Shown here: positions 39,416 through 48,126 of the stretch, one piece after another
How the letters are laid out: the number at the start of each line of letters is the position of its first letter
How positions within the stretch are numbered: position 1 is the first letter of the stretch
Position numbers and translations under genes: made by a program
Assembly: GCA_034408725.1 (NCBI GenBank)
Contig: JAWXCN010000051.1
Coordinates: 1 to 56,232, forward strand
Origin: Candidatus Hydrogenedentota bacterium
GTDB taxonomy: Bacteria; Hydrogenedentota; Hydrogenedentia; Hydrogenedentales; SLHB01
DNA length: 56,232 nucleotides
Reading direction: 5' to 3'
The notes under the pieces: model-generated
Databases searched by the model: none
What the model saw: only the letters and a program-made list of their open reading frames with translations
What the model was told of the DNA's origin: nothing

Positions 39416-39915
39416 ACGTTGCACGGTGAACCTGAGAAAAGGAATGACGCCGCACCGAAGGGTGAACTATGAACTGTCATTCTTTAGTTTTAAGCCAAGA
39501 CCTTGCCACGACGGCAAGTGTCCAAGTCTCAACTTTCTTCATCTCGCGTCGCTCAACTGCCATGCCAGACTCAATCATCGATAGTCGAATGCATGTGCTT
39601 TTCGCTGAATCGCCCAGCGTGTTGCACTGATCCGGGACGAATTGTAGTTTTACGAAACGAGGGGTAATTTGTTGACGGAATTGAGTGCAAGATATAGTCG
39701 AACATGGACTTACACAGGTGATTGGGTTCGGGAACAGTCTCCCCTCGAAACGCTGCTGCGCCAAGCCGGCGGCCTCTTTGGATTTGCCAATGAATTTTGG
39801 AGCGACCGAACAAATGGGTCTATTCTCGAACTTTGTCTACGGTCACGACTCCCAATGCGTGATTGATTCGCGTGTTGGAGCCTGATCTGATTCGAGATCC
39901 TAAGCAGGATCAAGC

Positions 39916-39987
39916 CAGGCCATCAACATCGGTGGCGCGGAGATAGCTACCGCCGCCCTTGAAGCAAATCTCGTGTTGATTACCTCG
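39916..39987 (+). pseudogene. Possible VapC/PIN toxin remnant
   Basis: Startless frame QAINIGGAEIATAALEANLVLITS resembling D..IAA.A....L.LVT. Confidence 0.35.
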
Positions 39988-40074
39988 TACTTGTCGATTT
40001 TGGGCACAATATATACGTACCATCAGAATGAATATGGTAATGTATGTATCTATTAAATGTCATGGAGTTCCGCA

Positions 40075-40995
40075 GTGATTACGACGCACGATGCGCAATT
40101 TATCTATCAAATGATGTTTGATCAATACTTTTACTTAAAAAAAGGACAAGAGTTCGAGAGATTCTTCTGTGATCTTTTGTCCCACGTTTATGGGGATGAC
40201 TTCGAGCCAAAGCCAGCATGGGGAAAGCTTGGTGATGCGAAGTGCGACGGCTTTTTACGTAGCAGTGGAACAATATTCGCCTGCCATGCCCCAGCAAATT
40301 GGAGCGTCTCTACAGCAAGCAGAAAGGTCAAAGAGGATTTTTCAGGTGCCAAACTTCACTGGGCGGACAAAATGAAGGAATGGATTTATGTAAACAATCT
40401 ACGAGACGGGTTACAGAAGGACCTTAAGGAACTTATCGTAAAGTTAAACGAAGACGAAAAGTCAATTGCGGTATCGGAGTGGGGATACCATAAACTTCAG
40501 CAACAATTCGGACAGTTAGGTACCGACAAAATGTCGCTGCTCTTCGGCCGACCCTGGGTCAGGGCAGACATGCTCGACATTGAATTTAAGGACATCCGCC
40601 AAGTACTTGAAGTGATCGGGCAAATTCAATCCCAATCCCAGGCAATAATCCGTGCAGTACGCTCAGATAAATTGAGAATAAATGGCCTGTCAGAACATGT
40701 CGCAGACTTTCTGAAGCTTGGGATGACGAAGGCAGCAATGGTCGGCGAGTATTTAGCACGACATCCTGATGCTCAATATGGCGACAGGCTTGCATCGGCG
40801 CTTCGGAAAAAATATGAATCGCTCGCATCAGATGAGTCAGTGCCCGATCAGGTCTTTGTCCATTTACAGGAGTACTTATTAGGCTCTGTGGAAAGAACGC
40901 CACGAAGTCAAAGCTCAGTTCTCGCTGTCTTAGCTCACTTTTTCGAGACATGTGATATTTATCGAGAACCGCACAAGATATGCAAATCCTCATGA
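40075..40995 (+). CDS. lmuA: Lamassu/ABC-3C effector: nuclease-like N-domain plus C-terminal adaptor domain
   Basis: GQEFERFF...GKLGDAKCDG; C-terminal VLAHFFETCDIYREP; GTG after GGAG; ATGA overlap with next gene. Confidence 0.82.
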   Translation: MITTHDAQFIYQMMFDQYFYLKKGQEFERFFCDLLSHVYGDDFEPKPAWGKLGDAKCDGFLRSSGTIFACHAPANWSVSTASRKVKEDFSGAKLHWADKMKEWIYVNNLRDGLQKDLKELIVKLNEDEKSIAVSEWGYHKLQQQFGQLGTDKMSLLFGRPWVRADMLDIEFKDIRQVLEVIGQIQSQSQAIIRAVRSDKLRINGLSEHVADFLKLGMTKAAMVGEYLARHPDAQYGDRLASALRKKYESLASDESVPDQVFVHLQEYLLGSVERTPRSQSSVLAVLAHFFETCDIYREPHKICKSS

Positions 40996-41243
40996 TACTT
41001 CCTACAAAACATCTGCAAGCGGAGCGCTCCTTAATCGTACTTGGGGCCCAACTCTTAGCCCAATTGACATGTCCGATCACTGTTTCTGAGCTTTGGCGCA
41101 GTTTTTCGGATTCAAAACAATCAGCGATTCAACGGCCTATTACGATTACGTTCGACCAATTCATACTATCACTGGACTTTCTGTTTATTATTGGGGCTAT
41201 AGACATAAATCAAAACCTTATCGCCAAGAGGGCACCAATGTGA
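40992..41243 (+). CDS. lmuC: Lamassu/ABC-3C small middle component
   Basis: 83 aa, MILPTKH...SL..LG, ITFDQFILSLDFLFIIGAI; translationally coupled on both sides. Confidence 0.82.
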   Translation: MILPTKHLQAERSLIVLGAQLLAQLTCPITVSELWRSFSDSKQSAIQRPITITFDQFILSLDFLFIIGAIDINQNLIAKRAPM

Positions 41244-43012
41244 TCCACCGAATATTCAGTGATTTGCCCACATTTAAGGAGATGCACTTTCGTAGTGGAT
41301 TCAATGTCGTACTTTCAGAGCGTAGCGAACGCGCCTCAAAAAAAGACACGCGGAACAGTACCGGAAAGTCGTCCTTAATAGAGATTTTGCACTTCGCGCT
41401 CGGTTCGGGTGTGAGCCCTCTGTTCCGTGCCAAGGAGTTGATCGGATATCATTTTGGTGTCTGTCTCGATCTTAAAGGCACGAAAGTGTGCGTCGCTCGG
41501 ACTGCCTCAGATTCCAGAAAGATATTTGTGGATTGTGAATCCGTCGCTCGAGAGAGTTGGAAATTCAAGACATTCGAAGATAGACCATATCTCATGTCAG
41601 AGGTTTGGAGTGAGATTTTGGGACTTCAGATGTTTGGCCTAGCTGATAAGACGGATAAATACGGACCAACGTTTCGGAGTTTGGTGCCTTATTCCGCCCG
41701 TAGAAATGCAATTGGTGAAATTCAGTCTGCGACTGAGCTATTTCCTAAGGCACGAGTCTATCAGTCCCAAGTCGCGTTATCCTATATTTTTGGTTTGGAT
41801 TGGCGTATATCCCAAGATTGGCAGCTGTTACGGGATAAAGAGAAAGCGCTCGATACACTACGTCGCGAAGCCGACAAGGGGACCTTTGATGAGCTACTGG
41901 GCAGAACGGGGGAAATTCAGGAACAATTGAATCGAGTTAGGGAAGAGGCCGGACGGCTTGCGATGCAAATAAAGAATTTTCGAGTTTCTGAGAATTATCG
42001 TGAACTCGAACAAAGCGCCGCGACGATGCGACGCCAAATAAAGAGTTTGTCCGGCGAAAATACCTTAGACGAAGAGTATTTAGAGGATTTGCAAGCAGCG
42101 CTTCGTGACGAAACAATGCCCGATGTGGACAGGCTCGAAGCCTTATATCAAGAGGTCGATATCGCCTTGCCGTTGCTTGTGCGGTGGAGATTCGCAGATG
42201 TTGAGGATTTTCACAAGTCGATCACAAGCAATAGGCGCCTTCACCTGCAAGTTGAAATTGAACGTTGTGAAGCTAGAATTCAGGAACGTCGGCGGAAGCA
42301 AAAGACTATAAGTGAAAGTCGACAAGCGGCTATAAACATACTGGAGACGTCCGGTGCACTTGACGAGTTTACTGAAATACAAAATGCTTATACAGCCAAG
42401 AAATCAGAAGTGGAATCGCTAGACAGGCGTCTGAATCTGATTCGGCAACTCACCGGGGGCAAATCTGAATTAAAAGGCGAACGTCCGAAACTATTTCAGA
42501 GATTGCAACGTAATATTGAGGATGCAAAAGCTAGGATAGATAGAGCTATGTCGATTTTTCGTGAAATTAGCGCAGAACTCTACATGGAACCCGGGGAACT
42601 TCGAATCCAAGAAACTGAGAATGGCCCAAAATTTGAACCGAAGTTGAAATACGAGGGCGCTCATGGTGGTGTGTACAACATGTGCATATTCTGCTTCGAC
42701 TTGACGATGGCGGTCTTGAATGCTGAGCTAGGACGAGGTCCGGAGTTTCTTGTGCATGATAGTCATTTATTTGATGGGGTTGAGTCACGGCAGAAAGCTA
42801 AAGCCTTGGAGATGGCCCACAAAATGTCCAAGCAATACGGATTCCAGTATATCGTATTACTTAATAGCGATGAAGTGCCGTATGATGAATTTAACGAAGA
42901 CTTCGATTTTAAGTCCTATATTAATCCAGAAAGACTTTTCGATATTGAGGGCGGTGGCCTATTTGGAATTCGATTCGAGATTCGAGATGTGGAGCGGGAC
43001 GAAGTCGAGTGA
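41240..43012 (+). CDS. lmuB: Lamassu/ABC-3C SMC-like ABC ATPase (DUF2326-type)
   Basis: FRSGFNVV, Walker A RNSTGKSS, central coiled coil, FCFD, FLVHDSHLFDGV, QYI; GTGA overlap. Confidence 0.88.
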   Translation: MIHRIFSDLPTFKEMHFRSGFNVVLSERSERASKKDTRNSTGKSSLIEILHFALGSGVSPLFRAKELIGYHFGVCLDLKGTKVCVARTASDSRKIFVDCESVARESWKFKTFEDRPYLMSEVWSEILGLQMFGLADKTDKYGPTFRSLVPYSARRNAIGEIQSATELFPKARVYQSQVALSYIFGLDWRISQDWQLLRDKEKALDTLRREADKGTFDELLGRTGEIQEQLNRVREEAGRLAMQIKNFRVSENYRELEQSAATMRRQIKSLSGENTLDEEYLEDLQAALRDETMPDVDRLEALYQEVDIALPLLVRWRFADVEDFHKSITSNRRLHLQVEIERCEARIQERRRKQKTISESRQAAINILETSGALDEFTEIQNAYTAKKSEVESLDRRLNLIRQLTGGKSELKGERPKLFQRLQRNIEDAKARIDRAMSIFREISAELYMEPGELRIQETENGPKFEPKLKYEGAHGGVYNMCIFCFDLTMAVLNAELGRGPEFLVHDSHLFDGVESRQKAKALEMAHKMSKQYGFQYIVLLNSDEVPYDEFNEDFDFKSYINPERLFDIEGGGLFGIRFEIRDVERDEVE

Positions 43013-43165
43013 TGTCGTCGATCGCCGTAGTGGGCTGAGTAGAAAGGGCGGCCCATATGCGACGCAGCGTGAATTGTTTTTTGAGTTTCCGGGGGTAGTG
43101 TATTCTTTCGGGACTTCATCGTCGCCGCGCTCCCCATCCGAAAAAAAAGATCTATCCGCTGGTTT

Positions 43166-43429
43166 TCACGCTGGATGATATTCTGACGCTTCGGCAAGCC
43201 CCGGCACGAATTGCTCGCCCGCGACTACTTCCATCGACGTTGCGCCGCGCAGATCGCTGCCGTAGGGTTCGCATTGTCCGCCCAAGTGTTCCGCGAGGAA
43301 TTTTTCTGCTACCGCCCAGAACGAAATCCAATTCTCCGCTCGGCGATAGTCGTGCTGCTCGTCTGGGTAGTAGAGATAGGTCAGCGGCGCGCCGCGGGCC
43401 TTCGCCTTGGCGACAAACGGATCGGCCTG
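43166..43429 (-). pseudogene. 3' fragment of an S9 (prolyl oligopeptidase family) peptidase
   Basis: Startless frame QADPFVAKAKARGAPLTYLYYPDEQHDYRRAENWISFWAVAEKFLAEHLGGQCEP...; upstream in-frame TAA. Confidence 0.75.
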
Positions 43430-43546
43430 GGTAAGGTGCGGAATGATTTAATCCTGTCCTCCACTCCGCCGACCGGAGGTCTCCCCATTTCGCGCAACCT
43501 CTCCTGGGATTTGTTCGAGCGCAATCCCGAAGCCATTCGCACTCAC

Positions 43547-43574
43547 GCGCCAAATCAGAATTCAGCGCTACATC
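43547..43574 (-). repeat. Right arm of 28-bp inverted repeat flanking the defence operon
   Basis: gcgccaaatcagaattcagcgctacatc. Confidence 0.85.
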
Positions 43575-44114
43575 GAGAGGCGTTTTGTCAACCAAATACG
43601 GGTTAAATCGCGTGGCTAAGTTCTGTAGTCACGAGTGCAACGGTCTTGCGCTATGGGTAAAGGCGGCATTATGTCGCGATGCTCTCCGCCCGCGATGGTC
43701 TCGTTCTGGACGGAAATGCGAAGCGCAGCTTCCGGAGCAATTGCGTTGCCAGGTACAACCTCGTAACGAAAGAATAGGTATATCTGTGTTTATCGGTCTC
43801 CATCTGTGGTTAAGAAACGTATTGCCGCACTCCCTCGCCACCCCCCCAACGAACATCGTGCAACCCCATGTTCCCGCATTCGCCACGCATACCCTGTGTC
43901 GCCAACGCTTACGGCGAATACATCCCGATTTTCATGCGCCTTTTTCCCAGATCGAACCGGGTGCACCCCCCCTTGAATCGTCAAAAAAAATTTCACGACA
44001 CCCCCCACCACTCATCAATACCCCTCATTTCGCGTGGCTACGTGCTGGAGTTGCGAGTGCAACGCGGTAGCCTTAATGGTAACGGCTGTTGGCGTGCGGC
44101 TTGGGTATAAATAC

Positions 44115-44220
44115 ACATCCCCCTAAATCCCCCTTCCAAGGGGGACTTTCAAGGAGTCGCTATCGATTTCATTCTGGACGGCTCTTAAGTCCCCCTTGGA
44201 AGGGGGATTTAGGGGGATGT
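44115..44220. repeat. REP-like element with perfect 34-bp inverted arms
   Basis: acatccccctaaatcccccttccaagggggactt (44115-44148) and its exact reverse complement (44187-44220). Confidence 0.92.
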
Positions 44221-44256
44221 TGCCCGGGTGAGTTGTGGAGCTTATTAAATATCCAA

Positions 44257-44306
44257 CTCGTTACAAAGTTTCCACTTGGTAACGCGCTCTTGAAAAGCTC
44301 TGCTTT
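44257..44306. repeat. Single REP-like arm
   Basis: cgttacaaagtttccacttggtaacg hairpin followed by aaagctctgcttt. Confidence 0.55.
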
Positions 44307-44321
44307 GTTCTTTGGATAGAA

Positions 44322-46148
44322 CTACTCCGGCCAAACCGGCGCGAGCAGGATAGTGATATTCACCGGGCCGGGTTGGTCTACCTTCACGCGCGTGATCAGT
44401 CGTTGGATGCCTATATTTGTTTTCTCGGGTGTGGGCCGTTCGGCGGATTCGGCGGTGAAGCTTGCGCCTTCAGGTTTGTGGATTTTGGCCTCGAGTTGTT
44501 TGCCGTCCAGCGTGAGCAATGCGGCGCCGTTGTCCTGGATTTCTATCATGGCGTCGGTGGTCATGCCCCAGGCGATTTCGCAGGGTTTGAGTATGTTGAA
44601 CTCATCGCGGATTTGTACGAATCGGCTCCCAAGATAGAGCGCTACCCTCCGTGTAGTTTTGTCTGAAAATTCGGGATAAGCGCTGGTCAGGTCGATGGAC
44701 ACTGATCTGATGTCTTTCGCTCCGGACATATCGAGGATTTTTGCAGTGGCGTTTTCGTCCTGGTTTTTTCCGTTGATCATGGGGACGTTGTGGCTGGCGG
44801 AGTTGAGTCGGTAATACTGCCAGCGTTTGCCGCCTTTTTTCTTGTCCCAGTATCCGGGGAGGTTGTAATCGTCCGAGCCGAGGTCGCGGGCCCAGCGCAC
44901 GCCGAGTGCATCGAGTTCGAAGTTGCCGAGGTCGAGGTGGCCGTGGTTGACCTGGTTATAGCCGCCTTTGACGCCGACGAAGAGCGCGTTGGGATCGTTC
45001 CACGCGCTGCGCATGACGATGATATCCACGGGACTGCGGAACCAGCGTTCGAGGTCTGGCGCGGCGGCTTCCTTGCCCGTTGGCGCGACGTACCAAACGA
45101 GGTGCTCGGCGCTGGCGCGGCCGTGGGCGAGCACGGCGTGTTCCGCGTCGCTGATGACGGAGTCGTTGTATTTTTGCGCGAGCCAGAACATGCACGGCAT
45201 GGGGCGCCGCTTGCTGCGTTCGCCGCTGTCGGCGTAGTTCAGGAACAGGCCGGTTGGGCCGGTGGTGTAGTTGGGGAAATGGCCAGTGACGCGCAGGCCG
45301 GGCATGTCGGACAGGCCGAAGTCCGTGCCGAGCGCGGTGTCGAGCGCGCAGATGCCGTAGGCGGTGTAGCGCGTGGCGTAGCTCCAGTAGCCGGGGCCTT
45401 CCATCCACGCGCCATCGGGGTCGTACGCGCGCAGGGCTTTCGGCAAGGACGCGACCGCGCGCGGGATGATCGATTGCGCGTACTGCGGGTCGGTCTCGGC
45501 GATGGCGAGCGCGCCGATGAGCATGCCGGCGTTGCAGACCTGGTTCCAGTTGAATTCGGATTCGGTCCACCAGCCGCCTTTGTCGTAGATCGCGATGCCG
45601 GGTTTGAGTCCTTTCTCGATTAGCGCGGTGCGGATTTTTGCGCGCGAGCCTTCGCTGAGCGCGTCGTAGATCCAGTCGTAGCCAACTGCGACCGCGTGGG
45701 TCATTTCCGCGGTATCGAGAAAATGCGGCGGGTTCCAATCGGGAAACGCACAGACCGTGAGGAGGTTCGCTTCGACGGCGTCGGCGTACTGCTTCTCCCC
45801 CGTCCACCGCCACGCGAGCGCGAGCGGGTAGATGCGATCGAGGCATGCGCGGCTGACCTGGAGGAGGCGCGGACCGATGAGTTTGTGTTCCAGCGGCGGC
45901 GCGGAGAGTGCTTTGTCGGCTTGTTCTTTTACCTCTGCGGCGTAGCGCTGGAGTGTTGTATCGGTTTCGTAGGCGGCTTTAAGTTTGGCGAGGCCGTCAT
46001 TGAGGAGGATCAGGCGCGGGTGGTTTGGGGTCAGGGTGTTCAGGACGGTTGCTTCGTTGGTTGCTGCGAAGGCGGTGGACAAAATGGACAGTGTGGACGC
46101 GAGTAGGGAGAGCGTTGTTAGGCGTGGGTATTGAGATCGATTTTGCAT
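44322..46148 (-). CDS. Heparinase II/III-like polysaccharide lyase
   Basis: HPRL, HFLDTAE, NWNQVC, EGPGYW, NYADS, HGHLDLG, HNV; signal peptide. Confidence 0.88.
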   Translation of the reverse strand: MQNRSQYPRLTTLSLLASTLSILSTAFAATNEATVLNTLTPNHPRLILLNDGLAKLKAAYETDTTLQRYAAEVKEQADKALSAPPLEHKLIGPRLLQVSRACLDRIYPLALAWRWTGEKQYADAVEANLLTVCAFPDWNPPHFLDTAEMTHAVAVGYDWIYDALSEGSRAKIRTALIEKGLKPGIAIYDKGGWWTESEFNWNQVCNAGMLIGALAIAETDPQYAQSIIPRAVASLPKALRAYDPDGAWMEGPGYWSYATRYTAYGICALDTALGTDFGLSDMPGLRVTGHFPNYTTGPTGLFLNYADSGERSKRRPMPCMFWLAQKYNDSVISDAEHAVLAHGRASAEHLVWYVAPTGKEAAAPDLERWFRSPVDIIVMRSAWNDPNALFVGVKGGYNQVNHGHLDLGNFELDALGVRWARDLGSDDYNLPGYWDKKKGGKRWQYYRLNSASHNVPMINGKNQDENATAKILDMSGAKDIRSVSIDLTSAYPEFSDKTTRRVALYLGSRFVQIRDEFNILKPCEIAWGMTTDAMIEIQDNGAALLTLDGKQLEAKIHKPEGASFTAESAERPTPEKTNIGIQRLITRVKVDQPGPVNITILLAPVWPE

Positions 46149-46242
46149 TGCGTTTGCTCCGATCCAGTGCAACAGACGGTCCGAATTTATATGGACTGCA
46201 CTCAGAGAGTCCACGCAGTCCACAATGTCCATTCTAGTCCAT
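46075..46242. repeat. Inverted arrays of 9-bp-period gtcca(c/t) units
   Basis: (g/a)tggac at 46075, 46084, 46093, 46191; gtcca(c/t) at 46209, 46218, 46227, 46237. Confidence 0.75.
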
Positions 46243-46249
46243 ACGAACT

Positions 46250-47245
46250 TCAACGAATCGTCGGTTTGATGACCGCGGTGCCGGTGCCTTCGTAGGCCTT
46301 TATCAGTTTATCGAACATGGCGTTGTCTTCATAGGCGCCGACGATCGCTCCGCCGGACCCCGCGAATTTTGCGCTCGCTCCGACGGACCGCGCGCGTTCG
46401 ACAAGGTCGATGTTATCGTCGGAGAGGCGGAATAACGTGCGGCGAAGATCGAAGTTTTTGTTGAGGATGGGGCCAATTTCGTTGCCGCGATTTGCGATCA
46501 GGAGGTCGTGTACCTGTTGCGCGTAGGATGCGAATTCTTTCATGGCGTCGACGACGATCGGATCGCCGTTGCGCCAGCGTTCGCGGATGTTGTTGTGGAA
46601 GACTTCGGAACCTTCGGCGAGGCGCGTGCGGTAGGCGATATAGAGTTTCGGCAGAAGTTTTGGATCGAGTTCGGCGTAGTTGCCGTGGCCGCGCTTCTCC
46701 ATGAGCGCGCGATCAAAGTCCATGAACACGCAGCCTTGATACACCTGGATTACGCGGTCCTGTAAACCGGCGGAAATGCCGAGTTCTTCGGTCTCGACGC
46801 TGAGGATCAGGTTCGGCAATATCTCGCGCGGGATTTCGACGTCATAGAATTCGAGCAGACACTTCATGGTCGCCGTGACAAGCGCGCTGGAACCCGCAAG
46901 GCCGACGTGCCGTGGAATCGTCGTGCGGTAGCGCACGGAGAAGTTGCGGTTGGCGAGCTTGATGCCTTCGCGGTCGCAGTAGTCCACGAACTTGCGGATG
47001 GCGGCTTTTACCAGCCGGATAGCGCCGTAGTAGCCGAACTGCTTCACGTCATCGACGAGGTCGCGCACGGACGCGTAGCTGGAACGGTCGCGCAGGCTGG
47101 GTACGATTTCGACTTCGGGGTGCTCGTAGAGCGTGACCTTCGCGCCGAATTCGGCCATGGTGAAGCTGATAGTCTTGCCGAAATAGCCGTCGGACGGATT
47201 TCCGATGAGGCCCGCCCTCGCATAAGCTGTTGCTTCACAAGCCAT
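46250..47245 (-). CDS. GHMP kinase, glucuronokinase-like
   Basis: ARAGLIGNPSDGY, IPRHVGLAGSSA, AGLQDRVIQVY, AKFAGSGGA. Confidence 0.85.
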   Translation of the reverse strand: MACEATAYARAGLIGNPSDGYFGKTISFTMAEFGAKVTLYEHPEVEIVPSLRDRSSYASVRDLVDDVKQFGYYGAIRLVKAAIRKFVDYCDREGIKLANRNFSVRYRTTIPRHVGLAGSSALVTATMKCLLEFYDVEIPREILPNLILSVETEELGISAGLQDRVIQVYQGCVFMDFDRALMEKRGHGNYAELDPKLLPKLYIAYRTRLAEGSEVFHNNIRERWRNGDPIVVDAMKEFASYAQQVHDLLIANRGNEIGPILNKNFDLRRTLFRLSDDNIDLVERARSVGASAKFAGSGGAIVGAYEDNAMFDKLIKAYEGTGTAVIKPTIR

Positions 47246-47404
47246 TACGTCGCTCCCCATAGCGTATACGCATTGCAAAGCATACGGGCGCGGCCTGTCG
47301 CAGTTCAAGTTGCTTGGAATAAGAATTGTTGTTAGGATGCGGAGGCGGTCGGGAATATTCCATTGGCCCTTCCGCTTTCCTGTCTAACCACCTCGAGAGT
47401 AAGC

Positions 47405-48022
47405 TTGGATAAACTCGACATTCCACCCGTTCCCCGCTCCCCAGAGTTTGAAAAACTCGTGCTGGAGCATATGGATATGTTGTACGCCGTCGCGCTTCGC
47501 CATACCCGGAACCCGGCGGATGCCGCTGACCTGACCCAAAACACCGTCTTGAAAGCGCTACGGTTCCACGACAAGTTTGAGCAGGGTACGTATATCAAGG
47601 CCTGGCTGCTCACCATTCTCCGTAACACCTACATCAACGAATACCGCCGGAAAGCGCGGCGACCAGCGACGGTGGAGTTGAATGGCACTGAACCCGCGCC
47701 GGACACCTCACCCGACCCCGGAGTACGCTATGAACCGTCGCGCCGAAGCGCTAAGGAATTGATGGAGCTTTTGGACGACGAAGTGCGCAAGGCCATCGAA
47801 GAGCTCCCGTCTGACTTTCGAGAGGCAGTCATTATGGCGGACATCGAGGACCTGTCGTACAAGGAAATCGCAGACCGCATGCAATGCCCGCTGGGGACGG
47901 TGATGTCCCGGCTTTTTCGAGGCCGGAAGTTGTTGCGTGACCGGCTAAAGCAATATGCGAGCGAAAAGGGATTGTTGGAGCACGGGAAGAGTAAGGTACC
48001 GGTCGCATCTCTGGAGATGTAA
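47405..48022 (+). CDS. ECF RNA polymerase sigma factor (SigH/SigR-like)
   Basis: DAADLTQ, KAWLLTILRNTYINEYR, SYKEIA..CPLGTVMSRLFRGR; start uncertain. Confidence 0.92.
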   Translation: MDKLDIPPVPRSPEFEKLVLEHMDMLYAVALRHTRNPADAADLTQNTVLKALRFHDKFEQGTYIKAWLLTILRNTYINEYRRKARRPATVELNGTEPAPDTSPDPGVRYEPSRRSAKELMELLDDEVRKAIEELPSDFREAVIMADIEDLSYKEIADRMQCPLGTVMSRLFRGRKLLRDRLKQYASEKGLLEHGKSKVPVASLEM

Positions 48023-48126
48023 TTTATAATTACCATTTATTTAATAAAACTATCCGATAATTCATTATTAGGACATAGTTGTTTCATATGGGACTCGAAA
48101 GTCGGGCGTAATCCAGGGATTCAAAT

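Noticed and set aside
41093-41239. N-terminal extension of the ATPase given by the ORF track (likewise 12597-12887, 31439-31546, 46149-46253)
   Set aside because: These extensions overlap neighbouring genes or repeats; downstream starts with SD or coupled overlaps fit better
37467-44050. Prophage
   Set aside because: No integrase, large terminase, portal or structural genes; the C-run tracts at 43830-44030 alone do not support a cos site
44956-45846. 296-aa Arg-rich alternative-frame ORF inside the lyase
   Set aside because: Frame artefact of strongly C-ending codon usage
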